Assembly: GCA_965644315.1 (NCBI GenBank)
Contig: CBFFRQ010000095.1
Coordinates: forward strand, 62,001-126,000
Direction of reading: 5' to 3'
Length of the DNA stretch: 64,000 nt
Origin: Caecitellus pseudoparvulus
Lineage: Eukaryota > Protista > Bigyra: Bicosoecida
The position numbers were made by a program, and so were the translations under genes. Positions 11,148-20,429 of this stretch are shown piece by piece; position 1 is the first letter of the stretch, and the number at the start of each line of letters is the position of its first letter. Below the pieces are notes generated by a model. The model worked only from the letters and a program-made list of their open reading frames with translations. It made no database searches and had not been told where the DNA came from.

Positions 11148-13326
11148 ATGGTAGGGAGGAGTGACTCGGTGCTGTCACAGGTTCACCAGTCTCGCCCTGT
11201 TGCGCCATCCCTGCAGGCTGTTCGCGGAGATGCGTCCCAGGCTGACCCGGACATTTCAGTTTCCGGGCGCTCTCACCCCTTGGCATTTGGCAGCAGGGTG
11301 CCCCGCAGCGTGCAGCAGCGCGTGAGTTGCCCCTTTGCGGTAGTTGAGACCGCCGCCGCTTGCGCCATGTCTCCGTCCTCGTCAAGCACAGAAGAAACTC
11401 TCACCTGGACCAGGGGCCTACTATGAAGAAAACCGCCACCTTTCACGTCCTAGCACCTGCTCTCAGCGATCACTGACGGGCTCCGGGGACAGGTTCGCCT
11501 TCAAATCGCAGCGCTTCGCTTCGAGCTCGCGCCGCCCTCCTGCACACGAGCTCCCGGCAACCATGCCAGGGGACATGGCCAGGAGTGTGGACCTGCAAAC
11601 TTCCAGTGCAGCGTTCCGTCACCCAGTGAACCCGTGGAACTACCGCGGAGCGGGGCTGCCCAAACTGCCCACATCACCGGGGCCAGACGCCTACTTCTCT
11701 GAAGCAGCACACCCCCTGAGCATTGAAGGGCGGGTGGGCTCCCATCGAAAGGTACAGGATGAGAGCGCAGATGGGGACACCAGCCCCATGCATCTGCTCG
11801 CGGGCTCCCCTGTGCCTGCAGGGCAAGCACGACCGCGCGGCAGAAGTCCCCCTGGCTTCCATCCAGACACCCATCAGTCCCAGGAGGTTCACCCCACTGA
11901 GCCCAAGCCTGCGTATGGCTCAAACGCGGACATGCGTTCACGACGACCGAAGACACGCACAGGTACGCCAGGGTATGGAATGGTTGGAGACTTGCCCTTC
12001 CATGCACCATCGCCGCAGCTGCACGGCGCGCCCTCTCCAGTAAAACGACCTCCCACCGGACACGCAGTGTTCCGCGACACGCGGGCGCGGGGTGATGGAG
12101 CACCGTTAGCAGGGAAGGCTGAAAGCGGGCCCGAAGCGGGTGATTACCGGGCGCTGACAGCGTTCGAAGGCACTGGCGCAGGCCACGCGAGGCTTCCGTT
12201 CCGGCTGTCAAGGAAGAGTAGCTCTTGGTTGGTGGACCGCGAGACCCTGACACATCCGAATCCGGGAACGTACGACACGTTAAGAGAGGGGCTCGCACTG
12301 GGCGCGGCAGCACACCCCGCAGATGCCTCAGGGCTCACCCTTCGGCCACAGCCTGCGTACTGCAGTGCGGCACTGGACCGGTTTGGCGACAAGGTGCACC
12401 ACGCAGCCGAGCAGTGGACCCCACCACCACCCGGATCGTATGGTGAAGGTGGACGACCAGGCCCCTCTGTTGGTGATGAGCGCATTACGTTCAATGCTTC
12501 CCATCGTGCTCAAGTGGCGCTTGCCAAGAGTGCCCGCATGCGGGCATCCACCCGCACGCGACACTTGCCGCAAACGCTCCTCTTGGCCACAAGCATACCA
12601 GCCCGGAGGCCGCTCTCCATTCAGGTGCCATCCCCAGTGCCCGGTAGTTCCATGCTAGGCAGCCCCGTGGAGCAACAACCCGCTCAGACAAGCTCTGCTC
12701 GGGCGTGGCGCACAGAGGCTGGGAACCTTGGTCATAGTGCAAGCAAGAAGGAGCCCATGTCTCCATCGTACTTTGACAATGATGCGGAATCCTGCTCCCT
12801 CATGGCGTCACCTGCAGGGCAAGCTTCATCCCGCATGCTGCTCCTCCCATTCCGCTCTGTGGATGGTCCTCGCTCCGGGCCGGTGGAGGAGGGAGATGAC
12901 TGGAGCCATCAGTTCCTGACATCGCAGACAAAAGAGCCTGTACAACTTCCTGCGATGTTCCCGCCTTTGCAGTCGCAGGGCATCCGCCGACAGGTGCCAG
13001 TTTCCCCGGTACGGCGCCCAGTGCCCAAGCCTGTGCTGCGTTCCCCAACAGTTGTCAAGCAGCAGGCACCTCTGTCTGATACGGCTGCCAGGTCATTTTT
13101 CTTCCCTTCAGGTAGCAGGTGCGATCAAGGCGCCCATGTCCTTGGCACAGCACTCCCTCTGCAGGCTCCAGCATCCCAAGTAAAGACCGACTGGGTTGCA
13201 GGTTCCTTCGTCCGGACCCCTGGCAATCGACCGTTGACGCAGTCAACGCAGAGTCAAAAGCGGGCAGCATACGTCCAACCCGCACCTCTGCCAGCAGTTG
13301 CTCGGCGAGTCCCACCGGCACAGTAG
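11148..13326 (+). CDS. SHIPPO / sperm-tail PG-rich repeat protein (ODF3/STPG-like, axonemal)
   Basis: Exon 11148-11321, intron to 11391. Repeated PGPG.Y-type motifs (SPGPGAYY, SPGPDAYF, GPEAGDY, PNPGTYD, PPPGSY) are preceded by AFGSRVPR, AFKSQRF and AAFR. Start uncertain. Confidence 0.6.
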
Positions 13327-13672
13327 ACCAGTGCCCAGCTAGATACGCGTTCTCCTTTTTTTCGTCCCCCGGCAGGAGACAACATAGTGATTCATAGTCC
13401 CATCCTACGTATGACCATACACCATAAGTATGAATGCATTGACTTATTCCTTCTGCACATTTGCCCCCATGGGTTTGGACTTCTTGGCGCCGGCAGACGC
13501 GCTTGTCAACTTCGAGCACTGTCCCCGCATTGCAATTCAACAGCACTACCGGCACAAATTGCAAGAAGCTACCAAGATCCATGTCGTTAGAGCGCTTGCG
13601 GCACTCTTTGCGGCTCTGCAGTGTCCTCCAGCTCGCTTGCGCGGAATTTGAGCTGCCCTGCTGCGCCCTGGC

Positions 13673-14920
13673 TTGCAAGCTAGCGTGGCAGCACTCCCTC
13701 ACAGAGTGCCACGCAAGGAAGAGGTCAGTGTATGGTGGCAAGGGTTCTTAGGGCTCATGCCACGCCCGCAGCCTCCACAGTGCTCCACGGCAACTGTTGC
13801 CTCCCACAACAACGGGAAACGACGACAGCATGCAGTGACCCCGACCTCGCATCGCCTGTGGGGACCGCAGCGCCAAAGGAAGCTGCACGAAGACTCAAAT
13901 CGCGCCAAAGTCGTCGTGCATATCGGAGACGGTGGACGCTCAAGCAGAGAAATGCCCCGATTGCTCCGATCTTCCGCTGCACCGCATGCTCCTGAAGCTG
14001 GCTTCACTCTGCTCATTGGCGGAGACGCAGTGCTCACGGCAGCAGATGCGCCGCGCACTGCATTGCAAAGGGTGCACTCCACTCGGAAAGTACAGCAAGG
14101 TGCCTCCAGGCCTTCCTCAACCCCTGCTGCTCAACCCTTGCATGCGCCACGCCGCCGTGCTTTACCGGCACGGAAGCCACAGTCACGGCCGAGCGAAACA
14201 CAGCGCCTTCTCGCAGCGTACCAGGAGGAGGCAGGGAAGCAAGGCCCACGCCACATGAAGCTGCGAGTAGCCGACCTACGGCGCAACGGACACACAGCTC
14301 CACCGAGCGGGGGCCCAGCGCAGCGTACACGACGGCCGCCTTGGAGCCGGCCTGCCGCAGAGAATCGCTCCTTCGAGCGCATGGCTCGAGAGGAAGGGAC
14401 GAAGCTTGAGAAGGCCATGCTGCTGGACCCAGCGGCTTGCAAGCCTCGCATGAAACCGGCAGCCCGATCGCCAGTCCGCCCTTGCCAGTGGCACAGCGAA
14501 GTCACAGCGAGGTTCGGCGCCAAGCGCACCCCGGATGCATTTGGCGAAACTGAGCAGCGACCAGCACCAGGGGGGAGATCGCTGCACGCGCACCAATTTC
14601 AACCTGCTCGAAGGCCGCAAAGCGCTGCTTCCATTGGCCGCCTGCTGCCGTACACAAACGCTGGGCACGTGGCGTTGCAGGAGGAGGGAGTAGCTGACTG
14701 GACTCGGCGCCGCAGACGCAGCGAGCCTGACCCGTACATCGGCGCACACGCATCCAGACACCCTGAGGCGCACATGCTCCGCAAGGGCATCCGAGCTATC
14801 CAGCGGTCGGCTTCAGATGCTTCTGAAGACGATGCCGACACGCTGCGCTTGGTGCCTGTGCTACAGCACTCCCACACAGCTCAACAAAGCTGGTCCAGTC
14901 ATGCAACCCCGCGCCTGTGA
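13673..14920 (+). CDS. Hypothetical basic, low-complexity protein
   Basis: 415-aa ORF filling the gap between genes, with no recognisable domain. Start uncertain. AATTCA follows at 14980. Confidence 0.4.
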   Translation: MQASVAALPHRVPRKEEVSVWWQGFLGLMPRPQPPQCSTATVASHNNGKRRQHAVTPTSHRLWGPQRQRKLHEDSNRAKVVVHIGDGGRSSREMPRLLRSSAAPHAPEAGFTLLIGGDAVLTAADAPRTALQRVHSTRKVQQGASRPSSTPAAQPLHAPRRRALPARKPQSRPSETQRLLAAYQEEAGKQGPRHMKLRVADLRRNGHTAPPSGGPAQRTRRPPWSRPAAENRSFERMAREEGTKLEKAMLLDPAACKPRMKPAARSPVRPCQWHSEVTARFGAKRTPDAFGETEQRPAPGGRSLHAHQFQPARRPQSAASIGRLLPYTNAGHVALQEEGVADWTRRRRRSEPDPYIGAHASRHPEAHMLRKGIRAIQRSASDASEDDADTLRLVPVLQHSHTAQQSWSSHATPRL

Positions 14921-15158
14921 GCCGCCCAAGCGAGGCTAGCACAGAAAGCGAGGCGACCACACTTTCCTTGATCACTGCAAATTCAGTTCCATGGTATGTC
15001 AGTAATCTGCGCCAAACACCCTGGCTCGCCCCTCCTGCAAACCACAGCGCTGCCCTGCGGAAATCGTAACGGAAGGTCACCGACCGCTTCGCCGCTGCCC
15101 ACAAGCGACCAAGGGTGCCACCGCGCTGAATTCACTGGAGCTGTGCGCATGTTCAAGT

Positions 15159-16277
15159 ATGGCTGCTAACACCAGGGAGACGATGTTCACGCCTGGGCCA
15201 CCGCATGAGCAAGCCCTGCCCATGTCGGCACCAGCCTCCGCAAGCGACAACGGCGACCTGGCCAGCGCGGAAGCAGCCCTGCAGCGGGCGCTTGTGGTGG
15301 TGCAAGCGGAGTTTGACTCTGCTTCCTCCCTGCTCGAGACAGTTCGCAGTCAGAGAGCTGCTCGGGAAGCCCAGGCCTTGGCTGACTCGGCCAGCAGTGG
15401 TCTGGCCCAACACCGCCGACACGCCTCCCCAGCTTGGGCCGGGACTCCAGGCGCTTCACTCGCCCGCACGCCTGGCCGAGTGCTGCCCACGCATGACACG
15501 TCTGATGCCTGGCACGGAGAGGCCGTGCAGTGTGTCCAGCTCCTGTGCCAGCGCCTGCAAGACGCCTGTCTGCCCTTCGACGAGGCAGGCCCCGCGGCGA
15601 AGAGTGTTGACTCAGTCGCCAGCCCGACAGCAACGCCCCGCAGCGCAGCCAACACCCCCAAGCCCCGTACAAGCGAGCACAGGGTCCTGCAGCGTGCCCT
15701 CATCGCAGCACAGTCCCAAGTCAACGCACTGCAACGGCAGGTGCAGCTGTTGACAGCACAGCTGGCAGCAGGTCAGGGGGGCTCGCCTGCCCTCGGTGCA
15801 GGCAGCACTGGTTCAGGGCCATCCTCAGGGGCTGTCACGCCCACTGTAGAACCGGGAGTCGCGGCTGTCAGCGCTGCATTCACAGCCCCCCGCCACAGGC
15901 AGGCCATGACCAGCACCCCCTCCAGCAGCGTGTCTGGAGTCACAGACGCCACCACCGCCAGCTACCGCCCCTCTTCCCTGCGGCAGCGCAGGCAGTACTG
16001 GACCCACGACACCGCTGGGCCTGGCAGCGCCACTCTCACGCCATCCAAAGCCAGCCAGGTGCGGGCAACACAGGGCTACCTGCGCCACTCAGCCTCCAAG
16101 GGCACCCCCCGCTCACACCACAAGCCAAGCCGCACGCCGTCTGCGAAGTCAGCCTCGCGGAGGGGGCGCACCATCGTCTTTGAGGCGGGCAGTCCGGTGA
16201 TGGAGTCGCCCGAGGTCGACGGCTCGCCTGCCACCCGCCTCCTGCACTCGCCAGTGCAGCGCCAGGATGAACTGTGA
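15159..16277 (+). CDS. Hypothetical protein with short coiled coils
   Basis: 372-aa ATG-initiated ORF with heptad segments (LQRALIAAQSQVNALQRQVQLLTAQL) and a Ser/Pro/Arg-rich tail. Confidence 0.55.
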   Translation: MAANTRETMFTPGPPHEQALPMSAPASASDNGDLASAEAALQRALVVVQAEFDSASSLLETVRSQRAAREAQALADSASSGLAQHRRHASPAWAGTPGASLARTPGRVLPTHDTSDAWHGEAVQCVQLLCQRLQDACLPFDEAGPAAKSVDSVASPTATPRSAANTPKPRTSEHRVLQRALIAAQSQVNALQRQVQLLTAQLAAGQGGSPALGAGSTGSGPSSGAVTPTVEPGVAAVSAAFTAPRHRQAMTSTPSSSVSGVTDATTASYRPSSLRQRRQYWTHDTAGPGSATLTPSKASQVRATQGYLRHSASKGTPRSHHKPSRTPSAKSASRRGRTIVFEAGSPVMESPEVDGSPATRLLHSPVQRQDEL

Positions 16278-16446
16278 ACGCAGGTGCTGCGGCAAATTCA
16301 CAACACCCTTCATTTGAGCCGTAGATTACCATCGCACTCCTCGCTGCAAGCCACGCTCCCGCGATGATTGGGCCCCGCAGCACGGCATGAGTTCGCTTTG
16401 ACGGCAGGGACTGTGACCAATTTCCGCACAGGCATCGCGACGCGCC

Positions 16447-19107
16447 ATGAGCAGGCAGGACGGCGTCCCGGGCATGCCGTCGTGGAGGACGATGACCTTG
16501 CTTGTCATTCTGGGAATCGCCATTGGTCTGTCTCTTGCGGCGCCCTGGATCATCCCGCTCAGCGGCAACTCGGCCGCTTCGACTGAGAGTGTGGAGCCAA
16601 GTGGCGGCGAGCCACCGCCAGTGCACACTCAGCCGGTGCCAGGCGGATCGCGGGGCCCCTGTCCGTCGCGCACGCCACACCACTCAGCTCCCAAGGAGAG
16701 TTTAGTGGAAGTGCAGCCTGGCATAGATGCACGGCATGCGGGCTGGTTTCCAGGACCGGGCCAGCTGCCACCGCCGCTGCACGTGCTGAAACTGACCGGA
16801 ATCAATGGCGGCCTGTGGGGTTCCATGGAGCACGGCATGGTGCCAGGGTACCTGTACTCTGGAAAAGTGCCCCAAAACCGCCCCATCGTGTACTTGAAAC
16901 CCCTGGCACCCGCTGCCTTTCCCAGTGACCTCACCCTCACGACGGCAGGCATTCGACACTTGCACGTGTTCGATGTGCGGCCGCCCTCCTGGAGCAAGGT
17001 GCTGCAGGCGCTGTGGGGGCCCCATGGGGAACGGGGGCTGGATGAAGCTGCCCTTGACAACACGCGCTGGGCACGGCCCGGCCACAGCATCGGCCTGTCC
17101 ATGTTTCGCGATGAGCAGGGGCAGTTCGCGTACACCCACCTGGACACACTGCCGTGGGGGTTCATCTTCCGCACGTTTTGGCACGACGCCCTGCCGGGCA
17201 GCACCAGGCCGAACGTGCCTCTGGGCAGCATGCACTGCCGTGGCTCCCCCCATGCGCAGTGGTTGAGGCTGTTGCTTGAACACCTCGCGGCACTGACACG
17301 CCGCTTGGAGCGAGAGTACGCATCCCTGCAGAGCCAGCCGTCAGGGGGGGGGCTGTTCATGGGGGAGTCATTTTGGGCACGGCACACTCTGCCAACACAT
17401 GATCCCCCCACAGACGTTCTGAACTCCACCCTCCTCCTCGTGTCAGAGGGCGGCGGCGGCGGGTACAGGCCGGGCAAGGCCGGACCGCCTGGGGGATGGC
17501 ACCCCGGTACTGCCAAGCCGAAGCAACGCCCCAACCGCCCGTCTGCAGCCAAGAACAAGCAGCCACAACGGGGCAAGCAGGGGCAGAAGGCGCCCGGTGA
17601 ACTGCGGCCCTCCACGTCCCGCCCAATGATCGAAGAGGGCTTTCCCAGCCTCACAGCGCCCCACAGAGGCAGCAGGGACCTGGCCGAAGGCAGGGCAGAT
17701 GTGGCAGCGAACAAAGATGCAGTGCACCGTCGCCACCCTCTGGCGGCTATCCTTGCAGCGGTTCGCAAGATGGCGAATGAGACCGCCCAGCGGGGTTTCG
17801 CAGGAGTGGGCGATGCAACAGTCGCAGAACACCTGCTTGCCATGCGGGCGAGTGTGGCGGTGAAAGGCACGGCTGACAAGCCTGGTGCACATGTCTGCTT
17901 GCTGCCCCCCACCGTCGCGTTGAGTCTCAAGAGCTCTGCTGCCTGCTTCCAAGAAAATGTGACGGCTGGCTTGGCCTTTGCACTGGCGCCGCGCGAACTG
18001 CAACTGGCCGCCGAACACGCGCTGCTGGGCATGCCCCCACACATAGCCGAGCAGAGCGAAGCCGCAGCATCCCGCCAGACGATGCAGTCGGTTGGAGCGT
18101 GGCTGTCGGCCCTCGCGGGGCGCGCACCGCCACCCGTGGCACCAGCACCGGGCGACCAGCGTGCCAGTGCGCGGGGTTTGCTGCTCGGCCAGCTGCCCGC
18201 CGCAGGCTTCTTTCGTGGGGCAGCCATCAATGCCACAGAGGTGGAGGAGCTGTACGCCGACCGCCATAGCAGCATTTCGCGCGCAGATGCTGAGCTGCGT
18301 TCCGCGCAGCCTCCCAAGCCTGTTGACGCGGCCATCGCAGCTTCGCTTTGCACTGTGCGGCAACACACTGTGCACGCAACACTGGCGCGCGGAGGCAGTG
18401 CTGCACAAGGTCATGACACAGTGAATGCCTCCGCTTTGCGTGCTGCCCACTGTGACGTGACACGGCCTGTGTGGAATGTGCATGTTGAGTACAATTGGGT
18501 GTACCACGCGGTGCAGCAAAGCCAGCTGGTGCGCGCGTCCCTACGCCCACGCACCTGTGCTTGGCATGGCTCCCTTCGTGCATACCGCGCAAACACGGTA
18601 AACTTCTTCCGCTCCCAGTGGAACCCCGCCGCTGCACGGCTGTTCGGCGACGCTGCGGTGCAGTGCGACATGCTGGTGGCTGACGCTTTTCTGGGCGAGT
18701 GGGGCGCAGACTTGAACCACGCGTACTGGAGGGACACAGCCTTCGGTTTGAACCCGGCGGGGAACAGCGCCACCAGCATCCGCCTCATGGACCAGCTTGC
18801 GCTGGGCGTCATCTCTGTCACCGTCACAGCGGAAGCTGGCGCAAACGACACGCTGCTGTGGACCGACGCAGCGTGGCCCTGTGGCCGGCCGCCTGGCATT
18901 TACGCAGCTTCGTGGCTGGAAGCCGCGGAAACCATGCAGGCACTGTGGGCCAACCCGGTGGAGCTGGATGCATTGCAGGCGGCTGGCTTGGCGTGGTTCA
19001 ATCGCTACCACGCCTGCGTGCAGTTGGATGCGGAGGAGGTGGTCGGCACGGCAATTGCCAGGGCTGAAGCGAGGGACTCCACACGGTATCACGCGGGCAA
19101 CGGCTGA
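16447..19107 (+). CDS. Type II membrane protein with C-terminal exostosin/GT47-like glycosyltransferase region
   Basis: N-terminal signal anchor (TLLVILGIAIGLSLAAPWII). C-terminal YWRDTAFGLNPAGNSATSIRLMDQLALGVISV resembles the GT47 motif S.F.L.P.G....S.RL.EA...G.IPV. Single 886-aa ORF. Confidence 0.65.
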   Translation: MSRQDGVPGMPSWRTMTLLVILGIAIGLSLAAPWIIPLSGNSAASTESVEPSGGEPPPVHTQPVPGGSRGPCPSRTPHHSAPKESLVEVQPGIDARHAGWFPGPGQLPPPLHVLKLTGINGGLWGSMEHGMVPGYLYSGKVPQNRPIVYLKPLAPAAFPSDLTLTTAGIRHLHVFDVRPPSWSKVLQALWGPHGERGLDEAALDNTRWARPGHSIGLSMFRDEQGQFAYTHLDTLPWGFIFRTFWHDALPGSTRPNVPLGSMHCRGSPHAQWLRLLLEHLAALTRRLEREYASLQSQPSGGGLFMGESFWARHTLPTHDPPTDVLNSTLLLVSEGGGGGYRPGKAGPPGGWHPGTAKPKQRPNRPSAAKNKQPQRGKQGQKAPGELRPSTSRPMIEEGFPSLTAPHRGSRDLAEGRADVAANKDAVHRRHPLAAILAAVRKMANETAQRGFAGVGDATVAEHLLAMRASVAVKGTADKPGAHVCLLPPTVALSLKSSAACFQENVTAGLAFALAPRELQLAAEHALLGMPPHIAEQSEAAASRQTMQSVGAWLSALAGRAPPPVAPAPGDQRASARGLLLGQLPAAGFFRGAAINATEVEELYADRHSSISRADAELRSAQPPKPVDAAIAASLCTVRQHTVHATLARGGSAAQGHDTVNASALRAAHCDVTRPVWNVHVEYNWVYHAVQQSQLVRASLRPRTCAWHGSLRAYRANTVNFFRSQWNPAAARLFGDAAVQCDMLVADAFLGEWGADLNHAYWRDTAFGLNPAGNSATSIRLMDQLALGVISVTVTAEAGANDTLLWTDAAWPCGRPPGIYAASWLEAAETMQALWANPVELDALQAAGLAWFNRYHACVQLDAEEVVGTAIARAEARDSTRYHAGNG

Positions 19108-19121
19108 TGCGCTGCACGACG

Positions 19122-20312
19122 TCATGATCCCGTCCCCTCCATCACCTCGGCCAGCAGGGCGTCCAGAGACGGCTCCACATCCTCCGCAGCCTCAGCTTCG
19201 TCTGGCCTCGGCGCAGCCCGCACCGTGTCCGGCGACACATGCCCCTCGCCACCACTCTCCTCCAGCATGGACGTCGAGCCATGCAGGTCCAAGCTCTGGC
19301 CAGAGGCGCCCCCTGCCGACCCACGGCCGGCCGAGTGGTGCTCAGGCACCGTGTCCTCCTCCACTGCCTCAGCCCAGGTGGGCAGGGCAGGCGAGGGTGC
19401 CGCGGCAGCCACCCACGGAGGTACCATGGACAGCTCTGAGAGGGGCCTCTGGCCGGCTTCGGTTGAGCTGGCGTTAGACCTGGGGCGGGGGGCGGTGCTG
19501 CCCTCTCCCCACGCTGCAAGCTGCAGCGTGCCGCTTGACTCCGTGCCGTTCAAGCCAGCTGAGCTGGTGGGATCAGCGCCACGGCCCCTGGCTGAACCCC
19601 ACTTTGGCGTGCTCCCGCGGTGCAGCAAGTTGCGCGAAGATCTGGAAGAGCCGAATGGGGCCATTATGGTCATTTTGTTGCGTGTGCCGCCGCCCAGTTC
19701 GCGCGAGCTCACACTGCTTGCCCGACTCCGCAACATGCCCAAATGCAGCGGCGCCACTGCGCCACGGTGTCCACGCTGCGAAGCGCCTGAAGGCTGTCCA
19801 CAAGACGCTGCAGCACTGTGCCCCTGGCTGCCCTCATCTGTGGACCTGGACAGCGCGTGGCCTTCTGGCGAGCCTGGCGTTTTCAGCGCCTGCTGCAGCA
19901 GTTCCATCGTGAACGTTGCTTCAGAGCTGTTTGGGACACGGGGCCTGGGCACAGACGCATCGCCTTGCATGGGCAAGTACGGGACTGTTGGCAGGATCCT
20001 GCGCATGCTGCCCTGCGGCCGCTGGCCCGTGGTCCGTGCTCGTGGTCGCCCCGACACCGCCCTGCTGCTGGTGGAGCCACCGCCAAGCACGCTCAGCCCT
20101 GCCGCGGCAACGGTCGTGCGCTTCTCAGGCATGCTGCAGCAAGTGAGTGTGGTGAGTGACGCAGCACTGGCGCCCCTCGCGTGCCGCTGGGCACTCGACG
20201 TTGTGGCTGTGGGGGACACGCCTCGTGCTGGAGCTACATGAAGCTCGTCACGCCAGGCGCCGCCCAAGCGTGCTGGCTGTGAGAAGCCAGCGGGGAAGGC
20301 GGATGGGCGCAA
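19122..20312 (-). CDS. Hypothetical low-complexity protein
   Basis: Long Ser/Arg/Gly-rich ORF with an acidic end (VEPSLDALLAEVMEGTGS). First ATG is at 20132, just after an acceptor-like ctcac..tgcag, so the 5' end is uncertain. Confidence 0.4.
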   Translation of the reverse strand: MRPSAFPAGFSQPARLGGAWRDELHVAPARGVSPTATTSSAQRHARGASAASLTTLTCCSMPEKRTTVAAAGLSVLGGGSTSSRAVSGRPRARTTGQRPQGSMRRILPTVPYLPMQGDASVPRPRVPNSSEATFTMELLQQALKTPGSPEGHALSRSTDEGSQGHSAAASCGQPSGASQRGHRGAVAPLHLGMLRSRASSVSSRELGGGTRNKMTIMAPFGSSRSSRNLLHRGSTPKWGSARGRGADPTSSAGLNGTESSGTLQLAAWGEGSTAPRPRSNASSTEAGQRPLSELSMVPPWVAAAAPSPALPTWAEAVEEDTVPEHHSAGRGSAGGASGQSLDLHGSTSMLEESGGEGHVSPDTVRAAPRPDEAEAAEDVEPSLDALLAEVMEGTGS

Positions 20313-20429
20313 GATGGGGACATTTACATGTCAGAGTGTGCTGTTGGGTTCTGCTGGCTGTTTTTGAATTGGTGCGGCCTATCTGAGGCTTCCAGATCGG
20401 CGCGAGCCAGCCCACGCGCTGGTGCTGCC

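Noticed and set aside
16629-18368. Long antisense and alternate-frame ORFs (e.g. 579 aa here, 563 aa at 58458-60149, 389 aa at 1673-2842)
   Set aside because: Expected shadows of GC-rich coding sequence with few off-frame stops. They have no domain features and overlap better-supported genes.
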